This document shows positions 40,105-49,125 of a stretch of DNA of 64,000 nucleotides, piece after piece; positions within the stretch are counted from its first letter, which is position 1, and every line of letters starts with the position of its first letter. A model generated the notes under the pieces. That model saw nothing but the letters and a program-made list of their open reading frames with translations. It did no database searches and was not told the DNA's origin. Both the position numbers and the translations under genes were made by a program. This DNA comes from Faecalimonas sp. (GTDB lineage Bacteria; Bacillota; Clostridia; Lachnospirales; Lachnospiraceae), in contig JAZRPT010000071.1 in assembly GCA_045649385.1 (NCBI GenBank), forward strand, positions 7,160-71,159, read 5' to 3'.

Positions 40105-41297
40105 TGATTGATATTAAAAACAAAGCAAAATGCTGTGGGTGTGGTGCTTGTTCTGCTGTTTGCCCAAGTGATGCAATAAAAATGCAACCTGATGAAAAAG
40201 GCTTTTTATATCCGAAGGTTGATTTGGAGAAGTGTGTTAAATGTGGTCTGTGTGACAAAGTATGTGTGCATAACAATATGAACCAAAGCGGAGTTCGAAT
40301 AGAAAAAGCATATGCTTTGCAACATAAGAATAAAAAGGTTTTGACTGAAAGTTCTTCTGGCGGTGCGTTTACTGCCATTTCGGATTATGTTTTATCGCGG
40401 AATGGTAAAGTCTATGGTGCTTGTTTGGATTCCCAGACATTTGAGGTTCAACATATTGGAACATCGGAAACTTCAAAAAGAGATTCTATGAGAGGCTCAA
40501 AATATGTTCAGAGTTCAACAGAGAAGGTTTTTGCGGAAATCAAGCAAGATTTAAAAGATGAAAGATTGGTTCTTTTTTCTGGAACACCTTGTCAGTGCGC
40601 AGCATTGTGTACATATTTGGGAAAGAGACCTGAAAACTTAATTATAATTGATTTGTTATGTCACGGTGTTTCAAGCAATTTACTTTTACAGGAACATCGG
40701 AAATATTGGGAAGAAAGAAAACAGAAGAAAGCAATAGATTATAAATATAGAAGTAAAAGATATGGATATGCACATACACATGAAATGACCTTTGATGACG
40801 GGGAAAAATTGGCATCACTTGAGTTAAGACAGTTATTAAAATTATATTCTCTTACGATGAGAGAATCATGTTATGAATGCCCATTTGCTTCGAATGATCG
40901 ATATGGTGATTTTACAATTGGAGATTTGTGGGAGGTTGCTGAGCTAGTGCCGATTTATGACCAACGAGGGACTTCTGTAGTGTTTGCAAATACTGAAAAG
41001 GCATTAGAGGTATTGGAATGTATTTCAAAAGAGTGCCGTTTGATTCCAATAGATGTATCTGATATAAAACAAAATGCATTAAAGAAACCTTTTTCAAAAC
41101 TTAAAAATTCGGATGAGTTTTGGGAAGATTATTTAAAAAATGGATATTCATATTGTTTGAGAAAATATGCTTCCCTTACTATGAAGTCTAATGTTTATCA
41201 AACATTGTTACGTATTTTATATTTGACAAAAACAGATAGAGTTTATGCCTTTTTTAAAGGTCGAATAAACATTTTGAAACGAAGAAAGAGGAAATAA
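40104..41297 (+). CDS. 4Fe-4S protein with an FrhB/F420-dehydrogenase beta-like domain
   Basis: CCGCGACSAVCP, CVKCGLCDKVC, SSSGG, GSKYVQS, GTPCQ and CHGV motifs. Confidence 0.9.
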   Translation: MIDIKNKAKCCGCGACSAVCPSDAIKMQPDEKGFLYPKVDLEKCVKCGLCDKVCVHNNMNQSGVRIEKAYALQHKNKKVLTESSSGGAFTAISDYVLSRNGKVYGACLDSQTFEVQHIGTSETSKRDSMRGSKYVQSSTEKVFAEIKQDLKDERLVLFSGTPCQCAALCTYLGKRPENLIIIDLLCHGVSSNLLLQEHRKYWEERKQKKAIDYKYRSKRYGYAHTHEMTFDDGEKLASLELRQLLKLYSLTMRESCYECPFASNDRYGDFTIGDLWEVAELVPIYDQRGTSVVFANTEKALEVLECISKECRLIPIDVSDIKQNALKKPFSKLKNSDEFWEDYLKNGYSYCLRKYASLTMKSNVYQTLLRILYLTKTDRVYAFFKGRINILKRRKRK

Positions 41298-41299
41298 TA

Positions 41300-42757
41300 A
41301 TGCCAAGTAACAGCAAACATTCAATTGGAAATGCTACGGCATGGTCCTTTGCGGCAGAAATCGCAGCAAAATTGATTGTACCAATTACAAATATTATATT
41401 GGCTAGAATATTAGCACCAGAAGCTTTTGGTATTATTGCAACAATAAACATGGTTGTGAGTTTTGCTGATACTTTTTCTACGGCAGGATTTCAGAAATAT
41501 ATAGTACAACATGAATATGAGGATAAGGAAAGTTTACATGAGGGCGCGACTGTAGCTTTTTGGACTAATTTAGCTATTTCTACATTGGCATGGCTTATGA
41601 TAGCGATATTCAGCAATCCAATTGCTGAGTTTATCGGAAATCAAGGATACGAGTTGGGACTAACTGTTGCATCGTTATCGTTGCCATTAACTTCATTCTC
41701 ATGTATTCAGGAAGCGCTATTTCAAAGACAATTAAATTATAGAGTTTTATTTTATAGAAGAATTTTGGTTTCCTTGATGCCATTTGTCGTGACTATACCG
41801 TTAGCATTACTTGGAATGGGATATTGGTCATTGATTATAGGAACTCTTAGTGGTAACTTGCTAAGGGCAATATTGCTCACCGTGACATCAGAATGGAAAC
41901 CAAGATTGTTTTTTAGCTTTTCTTTGTTGAAACGTATGCTGTCGTTCAGTATTTGGACGCTGTTTGAGTCTATTGCAATGTGGGCAAGCACGTATATTGA
42001 TATTTTAATTATCAGTAATGCTCTAGGGGCTTATTATACCGGATTGTATAAGAATTCTCAGAGTACGGTTACAAGCATATTGACAATTATTACGGGGGCA
42101 ACAACTTCTGTTCTGTTTTCAGCATTATCGCGAGCACAGTCTGATGAAAAAGAGTTTAGTAAGATTTTTTTTACATTCCAACGAAATGTGGCAATTTTTG
42201 TTCTACCAATTGGGGTGGGAATTTATTGTTTTAGTGGTTTGATAACAAAAGTTTTATTGGGTTCGCAATGGATGGAAGCGAGCGAATTTATAGGTATTTG
42301 GGGATTGTGTACATCATTAGTTTGCATATTTGGTACTTTTAGCCGAGAAGTATATCGTGCAAAGGGGCGACCTAAGATATCATTGATTGCACAACTATTA
42401 CATTTGGCCTTTGTGATACCGGTGTGTTTATATGCGGTGAAGCAAGGCTTTAATGTGCTTATATATGCTCGCTCTTTTGCATATTTACAGATCATTCTTG
42501 TTCACCTTTGTTTTATGAAGTTTGTCTTTTGCATGTCACCGGTTAAAATGTTTATGACGGTAAAGGAGCCGATATTGTGTTCCGTTCTAATGGGGGTGCT
42601 AGCAAAAATCATTTTGCATTATTGCCCCGGTGGAATGTTGATGCAGTTTATATATGTTACTATTTGTGGTGCATTCTATTTTTTGGTGTTAGGACTGTTT
42701 AAAGAGTATAGATTAGTGTTTGTACAATTTTTTAAAAAAGTATTAAGGAAGCGATAA
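41300..42757 (+). CDS. Wzx flippase (PST family, WzxC-like)
   Basis: ILARILAPEAFG motif; many TM helices; LLGSQW. Confidence 0.9.
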   Translation: MPSNSKHSIGNATAWSFAAEIAAKLIVPITNIILARILAPEAFGIIATINMVVSFADTFSTAGFQKYIVQHEYEDKESLHEGATVAFWTNLAISTLAWLMIAIFSNPIAEFIGNQGYELGLTVASLSLPLTSFSCIQEALFQRQLNYRVLFYRRILVSLMPFVVTIPLALLGMGYWSLIIGTLSGNLLRAILLTVTSEWKPRLFFSFSLLKRMLSFSIWTLFESIAMWASTYIDILIISNALGAYYTGLYKNSQSTVTSILTIITGATTSVLFSALSRAQSDEKEFSKIFFTFQRNVAIFVLPIGVGIYCFSGLITKVLLGSQWMEASEFIGIWGLCTSLVCIFGTFSREVYRAKGRPKISLIAQLLHLAFVIPVCLYAVKQGFNVLIYARSFAYLQIILVHLCFMKFVFCMSPVKMFMTVKEPILCSVLMGVLAKIILHYCPGGMLMQFIYVTICGAFYFLVLGLFKEYRLVFVQFFKKVLRKR

Positions 42758-42762
42758 ATCAA

Positions 42763-43551
42763 ATGGATGGTGAGAATATAACAAGAAAACTTCAAAATAA
42801 AGGAATGGAGATGCTCAGAGAATTGTCTGATATTTTCGAGAAGAACGGAATTCGTTTTTACCTGGCTTGTGGTACAGCGCTTGGGTGCGTTAGGCATGAA
42901 GGTTTTATTCCATGGGATGATGACATTGATATATATATCATGGGTAAGGATTACGAAAAGTTGCGTACTGTTTTTTTGACACAGGATACGGGAAATCTTC
43001 AATTTCAGGATTATTCCACAGTAGAGAACTATCCGTATACTTTCCCTAAAATTGTTGCAAAGGATACAGTTTTAGTTGAGGATTCTCTAAAACATTTAGA
43101 TTATAAGTGCGGGGTATATATAGATATATTTCCACTAATGGAGATTGAGGATAACTGGTTTGTCAGACAAATGAAAGAATTTATTAGATATTATAGATAT
43201 TGCTTGCTGAAAGCATATTATTTTGAATTTTCGTCAAGTGTTAAAAAGATAATAAATAAAATTGTACGCCAATTTGTATCGCCAAAGAAAGTGCAAGAAA
43301 AACTTTACAAAATGTATACAAAAGAAAAACTCAGAGGTAATTTTTTAATTGATATAGGGGCTTTTGGAAGTAATGCACTTATCAAACGTCAATCATTCAA
43401 GGATGTAATTAAAATGACTTTTGAAGATGCTGAAATGCCTATGCCAATTGGTTATGATCAATATCTTCAGGATTATTACGGCGATTATATGAAGTTGCCA
43501 AGAGAAGAAGACCGAGTGTCAAGACACCATATCGCAAGATTGGAGCTTTAG
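42763..43551 (+). CDS. LicD family phosphotransferase
   Basis: GTALGCVRHEGFIPWDDDID and YYGDYMKLP motifs. Confidence 0.93.
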   Translation: MDGENITRKLQNKGMEMLRELSDIFEKNGIRFYLACGTALGCVRHEGFIPWDDDIDIYIMGKDYEKLRTVFLTQDTGNLQFQDYSTVENYPYTFPKIVAKDTVLVEDSLKHLDYKCGVYIDIFPLMEIEDNWFVRQMKEFIRYYRYCLLKAYYFEFSSSVKKIINKIVRQFVSPKKVQEKLYKMYTKEKLRGNFLIDIGAFGSNALIKRQSFKDVIKMTFEDAEMPMPIGYDQYLQDYYGDYMKLPREEDRVSRHHIARLEL

Positions 43552-43558
43552 AAAAGTA

Positions 43559-45340
43559 ATGCAGAAAAATTATTTGTTATTTATTATTGATTCGTTGAAT
43601 TATAGTCATGTAAAAGAATCTACGGTAAATCTGATGCCTTTTACGGAACAATTGAAAAAAAATGGATTTTTTTGTGAGGCCATGTATTCCCAAGCGCCGT
43701 ATACTGAAGCAGCAGTTATGAATTTATATTGTGGTCAGGATGTATTACAAAACGGTGGTTATTTGAATCGTTTTAAAGATGCGCCTTTGACACTTTTTGA
43801 GGCTATGAAGAAAAAAGGCTTTGTAACTTATTTTAATTCATTTCAACCACAATGTCATCCATCTTCAATCAGAAGAGGGGTGGATTATATTTATTACAAT
43901 GTAGGATATGATTTGGGAGCCTTATGGTCATATCGTTTGGTCCATTATGCTGAGCAGTTAAGAAAAGGAAATCTGACGAAAGCTGATTATCAAGAATTAC
44001 ATGAGATTTTTAATGATAATTTTACTGAATGGATTCGTTTTTTAGATGATATGTTAAGCGGTAATGAATCGACAAATATGATATGCAACAATGCATCTAA
44101 TTATGATGCCAGTCAAGTGAAAAATAGTGTGGAGAAGGAATATTCTCAATATAAAGAACAACCAGATGCATATGTAGACAGTGTGTTAAAACAAGGATGT
44201 GCACACACTTTGTTTAGTATTCCTGCGTTTATACAAGATAGGAAAATAAAAGACAGAAATGTTATTTGCAAAGTTCAAAAAGAATTTAGACCATTAATGA
44301 GACGTATTAAGTTGATGAATTTTCGACTAAATGCGAAAAACTGCAAGGGCATAATGAGAGGACCGATAAAAAAAGCTGGAACGCTCATAAAACAACCAGG
44401 GAAAACTACTTTTAAAGAGTTTGGGAAGAGTGGATATTTGGCAGCGAACCAATTGTTTGACATAGATTTATATAAGAGAATAGAAGAAGGATATGAGTGT
44501 TTTAAGAATGCTCCGAGTGGAAGAACGCATATCGATCATTATATCCGATGGGCAACGGAACATAAAGAAGATGGTGCACATTTTGCATGTATTCATATTG
44601 ATGATATTCATAATCCAGAAGTGTTCTTTACATATGACTCTTCAGATATGGATTTGCTAAAAAAAGAATGTGATGAAGCTAAAAAATTGTTGGCGGAACT
44701 TCCAAGTGATTACTATGGTAGCATTACACATGACTTGTCTTTACGATATATAGATAACGTTATTAAATATTTGTATGAGCAGATGCAAGATAAAGGTCTG
44801 TTGGAGAATACGTGTATTGCAATCTGCGCGGATCATGGTTTTTCGTTTAGTGGCAATCCGTTGAGAGATAGTTTTGTGATTAATCTTTTTTTGGAAAATT
44901 ATCATATTCCTTGCATATTTACAGGAACAGGTATAGAACCGAAATGCATAACAAATTTACGAACGAGTAAAGATATTGCTGCAACAATCTGTGCGTTAGC
45001 TGATGACGATATACCAGAAGCATTTACAGGCCACAGTATTGCAGATGAGTATGAATATGACAATGTCTTCGTTGAGTATTGTGGTGGAGGTTGCCCTGAT
45101 TTGTCTCGGCGTGAGATTAAATTGGCAACTTTTAATAAGACATATTTTGTTGGTACATTATGCACGCTCACGGATGTGTTGGATGAGAATGCAATTACTG
45201 AGATTTATGATTTGTCAAAGGATCCAAAGCAGTTGAAAAATCTAGTTCATTCGAAATATGACAATCAACAGGTGCAATATTTACTTGCACAAATTGAACA
45301 ACGAAGAGAAGCAATTATTAGTTCAAATCCTAGAACTTAG
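43559..45340 (+). CDS. Alkaline phosphatase/sulfatase superfamily protein
   Basis: FIIDS, QAPYTEAA, HIDDIH, ADHG and IYDLSKDP motifs. Confidence 0.78.
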   Translation: MQKNYLLFIIDSLNYSHVKESTVNLMPFTEQLKKNGFFCEAMYSQAPYTEAAVMNLYCGQDVLQNGGYLNRFKDAPLTLFEAMKKKGFVTYFNSFQPQCHPSSIRRGVDYIYYNVGYDLGALWSYRLVHYAEQLRKGNLTKADYQELHEIFNDNFTEWIRFLDDMLSGNESTNMICNNASNYDASQVKNSVEKEYSQYKEQPDAYVDSVLKQGCAHTLFSIPAFIQDRKIKDRNVICKVQKEFRPLMRRIKLMNFRLNAKNCKGIMRGPIKKAGTLIKQPGKTTFKEFGKSGYLAANQLFDIDLYKRIEEGYECFKNAPSGRTHIDHYIRWATEHKEDGAHFACIHIDDIHNPEVFFTYDSSDMDLLKKECDEAKKLLAELPSDYYGSITHDLSLRYIDNVIKYLYEQMQDKGLLENTCIAICADHGFSFSGNPLRDSFVINLFLENYHIPCIFTGTGIEPKCITNLRTSKDIAATICALADDDIPEAFTGHSIADEYEYDNVFVEYCGGGCPDLSRREIKLATFNKTYFVGTLCTLTDVLDENAITEIYDLSKDPKQLKNLVHSKYDNQQVQYLLAQIEQRREAIISSNPRT

Positions 45341-45369
45341 AAGAAAAATAGAATGCGAGGTGGTGCGGC

Positions 45370-45906
45370 ATGGATATGATAAAAAACTTTATTGACAGTT
45401 ATTTTGATTTCCATTATGGGCTTGGTCTTGCTGTTGCTACTGTTATTTGTTTTATTCTATTATTAATTAAGAAGGTATCGTTAAGAACTTGGAAAGAAAG
45501 TCACACCAAGAAAGAAGTGTTAAGTTGTGTCGCTTGTTCACTATATATTGTTATTATATTGGGTAGTACACTATTTAGTCGAGAAATAGGCGAAAATTAT
45601 CGCATCAAAACGGTTCCTTTTTGGTCATATTATCATGCAATTGTAAACAAAGATAATTCGCTCATAATACAGATATTTTATAATATTCTAGTTTTTATTC
45701 CATATGGTGTATTGATTCCTAAAATGTGGAGTGGGATGCAAAAATGTATGAATACAGTTTTAGGAGCCTTCTTTTTTTCGATGCTGATAGAAATGGTTCA
45801 GTTGATATTAAAATTGGGCTTGTTTGAGTTTGATGACATCATACATAATGTGGTTGGTGCTATGATAGGGTATGGAATGTGGAAGTGTCATCAGAAAAAA
45901 CGATAA
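45370..45906 (+). CDS. VanZ family protein
   Basis: PFWSY, NILVFIPYG and IEMVQ...GLFEFDDIIHN motifs. Confidence 0.87.
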   Translation: MDMIKNFIDSYFDFHYGLGLAVATVICFILLLIKKVSLRTWKESHTKKEVLSCVACSLYIVIILGSTLFSREIGENYRIKTVPFWSYYHAIVNKDNSLIIQIFYNILVFIPYGVLIPKMWSGMQKCMNTVLGAFFFSMLIEMVQLILKLGLFEFDDIIHNVVGAMIGYGMWKCHQKKR

Positions 45907-46116
45907 TTTTATAGTATTATATCAAAGGATAAAAAAGGTTTTAAATGTTGGGAGATATGTGTTTTGTACTATAACATTTGAAAACTATTTTTGCTAAATT
46001 AAATCTGACAAGCGTAAAATGAAATTTTAAATTCCAGTCAAAAAATATATAAAACTAGAAATTATTCTCGGGGATGTTGTCAAATTATTATATTTCAGTT
46101 TTAATAAATTATATTT

Positions 46117-46245
46117 CTAATTCTTAGTAAATTTCTCCTGCTCCATGTCATCATTTTTTTTATCATACAAAGAACCGTAGCGAATGCAACAGTAGAGAAC
46201 GAAGCTAATTAAGATAAATAAACAACATATGATAAATTTTAGCAT
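46117..46245 (-). CDS. 42-aa small membrane protein with two Cys-Cys pairs, copy 1 (absent from the ORF track)
   Basis: Manual translation MLKFIICCLFILISFVLYCCIRYGSLYDKKNDDMEQEKFTKN*; paralog at 48916-49044. Confidence 0.65.
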   Translation of the reverse strand: MLKFIICCLFILISFVLYCCIRYGSLYDKKNDDMEQEKFTKN

Positions 46246-46330
46246 ATATAAAATCTCATTTCTTTATAAAGTATTTCATATTTAACACTATTTACAAGAA
46301 AAAAGATGTTTATACAAAAGGAAACAAAAA

Positions 46331-46804
46331 ATGAAAAACAAAAAATTAATTTTTATAATCACCACATTTGTTTGGACTGCAGTAATATTTTCATTCTCTT
46401 TACACCCAGGCAAAGTATCGGGGGATTTAAGCGGTTCGATATTGGAGACATTTCTTGGAATTTTTATGCCTGGGGTATTAAAGAGCCCGGGAAGGTTGGA
46501 ACTATTCCATCTGATTTTGCGAAAATGTGCACATTTTACAGAGTTTCTAATTCTGGGTGTGTTAAGTTCCGTGACATTAAAGTACATGAAATTGGGATAC
46601 AAGGGTCTAATGGCGATGGGATACTCTGTTGGTGTAGCAACCGTGGATGAGACGTTGCAACTCTTTATCAATGGACGTGCCGGAAGAGTGCAGGATGTGC
46701 TGATTGATAGTGCGGGGGCATTGGTGGGCGCATTGGTTGTGTTTATATGTGTGAAGAACAAGGACAAAAACATATTGGTTATAAATCAACAAAATGATAT
46801 TTAA
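46331..46804 (+). CDS. VanZ family protein (RKxAH subtype), copy 1
   Basis: IFSFS, RKCAHFTEF and DETLQLFINGRAGRVQDVLID motifs. Confidence 0.88.
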   Translation: MKNKKLIFIITTFVWTAVIFSFSLHPGKVSGDLSGSILETFLGIFMPGVLKSPGRLELFHLILRKCAHFTEFLILGVLSSVTLKYMKLGYKGLMAMGYSVGVATVDETLQLFINGRAGRVQDVLIDSAGALVGALVVFICVKNKDKNILVINQQNDI

Positions 46805-46850
46805 AATTTTGTTTAATATGTAAAATTTGTATACAAATCGTTTTAAATAG

Positions 46851-46923
46851 TGTTATAATATATGTGAGAGACTCAGTGTAAGGTACTGCACCGGAAGGTG
46901 CAGTTTTCGTGCTGAGTTTTTTT
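46851..46923 (+). promoter_or_regulatory. Extended -10 promoter followed by a structured leader / attenuator-like hairpin
   Basis: TGTTATAAT at 46851-46859; outer stem ACTCAGTGT/GTGCTGAGT, inner stem ACTGCACC-GGAA-GGTGCAGT, then T7. Confidence 0.5.
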
Positions 46924-46960
46924 GTTGCATGAAAATAAGAGGAAAGGGGTGTTTTGACCA

Positions 46961-47296
46961 ATGATAACGGATAAGGCGGCAGCGGAGATTGAAGAATTTG
47001 AAGCAATTTATAGGTTACATGCAGATAATCTTTACAAGTACTGCTTTTATTATTTGGAAGATGAAGAAAAAGCAATGGACATTACCCAACAGGCATTTTT
47101 CAATTTTTATAAATATTATAAAACAGTCACTTCTGATGCCGTGCTGATATGCTTGGTTCGCGAGGTGAAAAAATTTATTATCGAACAGTCAACATCAAGA
47201 ACTACAGGAGAGGAGCAGGCAAAATGGACGATGATTGGAAAGAATTTATTTCGGAAGAAATGGAGAAGAGCTTGGATGAAGTCATGGCTGAGATAG
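46961..47296 (+). CDS. ECF sigma factor region-2-only protein (truncated or single-domain)
   Basis: FEAIYRLHADNLYKYCFYYLEDEEKAMDITQQAF matches sigma70 region 2; no region 4 follows. Confidence 0.65.
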   Translation: MITDKAAAEIEEFEAIYRLHADNLYKYCFYYLEDEEKAMDITQQAFFNFYKYYKTVTSDAVLICLVREVKKFIIEQSTSRTTGEEQAKWTMIGKNLFRKKWRRAWMKSWLR

Positions 47297-48027
47297 AGGC
47301 AGATCCTGAAATGAAGGATGTTGAATCTCCGGAAGGGATGTATGACAATATTATGGCAATGATACACGAACACGAGCGACAAGAAATCTACGAGCGGTTG
47401 TCAGATGAAGATAAAGAGTTGATTCAACTTGGTAAAGTATATAAAAAGCAACGGAGATTTGATAAATTTGTCGTAGCATTAGCTGCTGTGATAGTTGGAT
47501 TGGGAATTGGTTCGGTGTGTATAGGTGAAGATAAAAATATTATTCATATGATAACCGAAATGTTTACTGATAAAGAAAAGACACAGATTAATTCGGAAGA
47601 TGTGAAACCAATTCTGTATACGGAAGAAGATAAAGCATTTGAAGAAATCGAAAGAATATATGGCTTTACCCCAGTTAAATTAGAGTATCTTCCGGATGAT
47701 ACAATTTTTTATGAGGCTACGTTCAGTGCAGATTTACAAAGTGTAAACTTGATATACGAGATTAATGACAATACAAGTATTATTTATGTAATCAGACCAA
47801 ACTACCGAGAAGCATCATTAGGGATCGATATTGAAGATAAGAAAATACAAGAGTATGAATTAATTATAAATGGTATAGAGATGACTATAACAGAATACGA
47901 CATTGCAGAGTCTGTTAAAAATCGATGGTCTATCCGTTTTGTGTACCGAGATGTACAATATTTGCTTAGAGTTACAAATATGAATCAGGGTGAAGTTGAA
48001 AAAATCCTAAATAATTTAAGATTTTAA
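47224..48027 (+). CDS. Anti-sigma-like single-pass membrane protein (DUF4367-like)
   Basis: Acidic N-terminus, TM FVVALAAVIVGLGIGSVCI, LEYLP motif, C-terminal EVEKILNNL; RBS AGGAGAGGAG. Confidence 0.7.
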   Translation: MDDDWKEFISEEMEKSLDEVMAEIEADPEMKDVESPEGMYDNIMAMIHEHERQEIYERLSDEDKELIQLGKVYKKQRRFDKFVVALAAVIVGLGIGSVCIGEDKNIIHMITEMFTDKEKTQINSEDVKPILYTEEDKAFEEIERIYGFTPVKLEYLPDDTIFYEATFSADLQSVNLIYEINDNTSIIYVIRPNYREASLGIDIEDKKIQEYELIINGIEMTITEYDIAESVKNRWSIRFVYRDVQYLLRVTNMNQGEVEKILNNLRF

Positions 48028-48064
48028 TGAATAACTAATTTAAAGTAAAGTGAGGATAATTATT

Positions 48065-48535
48065 ATGAAACGAAGATGTTTAACAATGTTGTTGGCGCTA
48101 GCAATTTGCATTACTGGTGTTATGAACTGGAAAATAAATGTAAATGCAGAGAATGAAGGTGAAGATATTGATATATCGTGTCTTAGGACAGAAGATGCGT
48201 TGATTGGATATTCTGAAAACCAAACATGGGGTGTGTATTATTCGGATGGTTATTCCATAATTAATAAAATATCCTCGACTAAAATAGGCGCGGGTGGTGT
48301 TACAAACGCATCTGTGAAATGCGAGGTTACAGTAACAGCTATTGTTGAGAGGAAGACTTCGTCAGGTTGGGCACGGGTTACTTCTTGGAGCGTAACAAAT
48401 CAAAATGCGTATTCTGCAATGGCAAGCAAAAGTTTAATTGTAACAACGGGGTATTATTATCGGGTAAGATGTTATCATTATGCGGGTACTGATAGTAGTA
48501 GTTCAAGTACAGGTGCTCTTTGGGTTGGCAATTGA
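48065..48535 (+). CDS. Secreted protein (DUF6147-like)
   Basis: Signal peptide MKRRCLTMLLALAICITG; C-terminal GYYYRVRCYH; ORF open from 48050. Confidence 0.7.
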   Translation: MKRRCLTMLLALAICITGVMNWKINVNAENEGEDIDISCLRTEDALIGYSENQTWGVYYSDGYSIINKISSTKIGAGGVTNASVKCEVTVTAIVERKTSSGWARVTSWSVTNQNAYSAMASKSLIVTTGYYYRVRCYHYAGTDSSSSSTGALWVGN

Positions 48536-48660
48536 TGAGGTCATAACGTGAGGAGGAAGCGGTGAACATGGAGGCGCGCAAAGGTGGCAACTCACCATAA
48601 GCCATCTAATTTCGGCGAAAGAAAGTTGCGAATTTTGTATACAAGACCTTGCTCGTAGAT

Positions 48661-48720
48661 TGATATGATTCCCCTTAAGTAGAAAAGGTAAATAACCAAA
48701 ATCTACATAAGGGGAATTTT
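48661..48720 (+). mobile_element. Possible IS3-family left-end remnant
   Basis: Starts TGATATGATTCCCC; internal 16-bp inverted repeat ATTCCCCTTAAGTAGA / TCTACATAAGGGGAAT (1 mismatch); abuts a 5'-truncated gene; no transposase. Confidence 0.45.
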
Positions 48721-48919
48721 GCTGCCTGAAATCTTCAAGGTTATGAGAAGATTACGCTTTGTTGCTGCAAGTGCCGCGGGGGTATCATTTGTGATTGAAG
48801 TGGTACAGTTTGTGTTCAAACTAGGGTTGTTTGAGTTTGACGATATTTTCCACAATACATTGGGTGCTGTGATAGGGTTTGTTATGTGGCGCGTAATAAG
48901 AAGGCGAAAAATAGGTTAA
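48719..48919 (+). pseudogene. 5'-truncated VanZ gene
   Basis: Only the C-terminal part remains (IEVVQFVFKLGLFEFDDIFHNTLGA), matching the end of 45370-45906. Confidence 0.75.
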
Positions 48920-49044
48920 TCATCTGTAAGTTTGTTTTCAATCCATCTCTCTAATTCTTCGTCGGATTTTGAAGCAACGTAAAAACAACAATATAGGCTA
49001 ACGATGAAGATAATTAACAAACAACATATGATAAATTTTAGCAT
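48916..49044 (-). CDS. 42-aa small membrane protein with two Cys-Cys pairs, copy 2 (absent from the ORF track)
   Basis: Manual translation MLKFIICCLLIIFIVSLYCCFYVASKSDEELERWIENKLTDD*; RBS AAAGGTGG. Confidence 0.7.
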   Translation of the reverse strand: MLKFIICCLLIIFIVSLYCCFYVASKSDEELERWIENKLTDD

Positions 49045-49125
49045 AAGGAACCACCTTTCTTGATTTGTATAAAGAGTATTGACAGCAAGAAGGGTACATA
49101 TGCAAATTTATAAAAGGAAATAGAT

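Noticed and set aside
48536-48660. GC-richer intergenic stretch with GAGGAGG and a 12-codon ORF
   Set aside because: Too short, with no recognisable RNA or peptide motif; probably a remnant.
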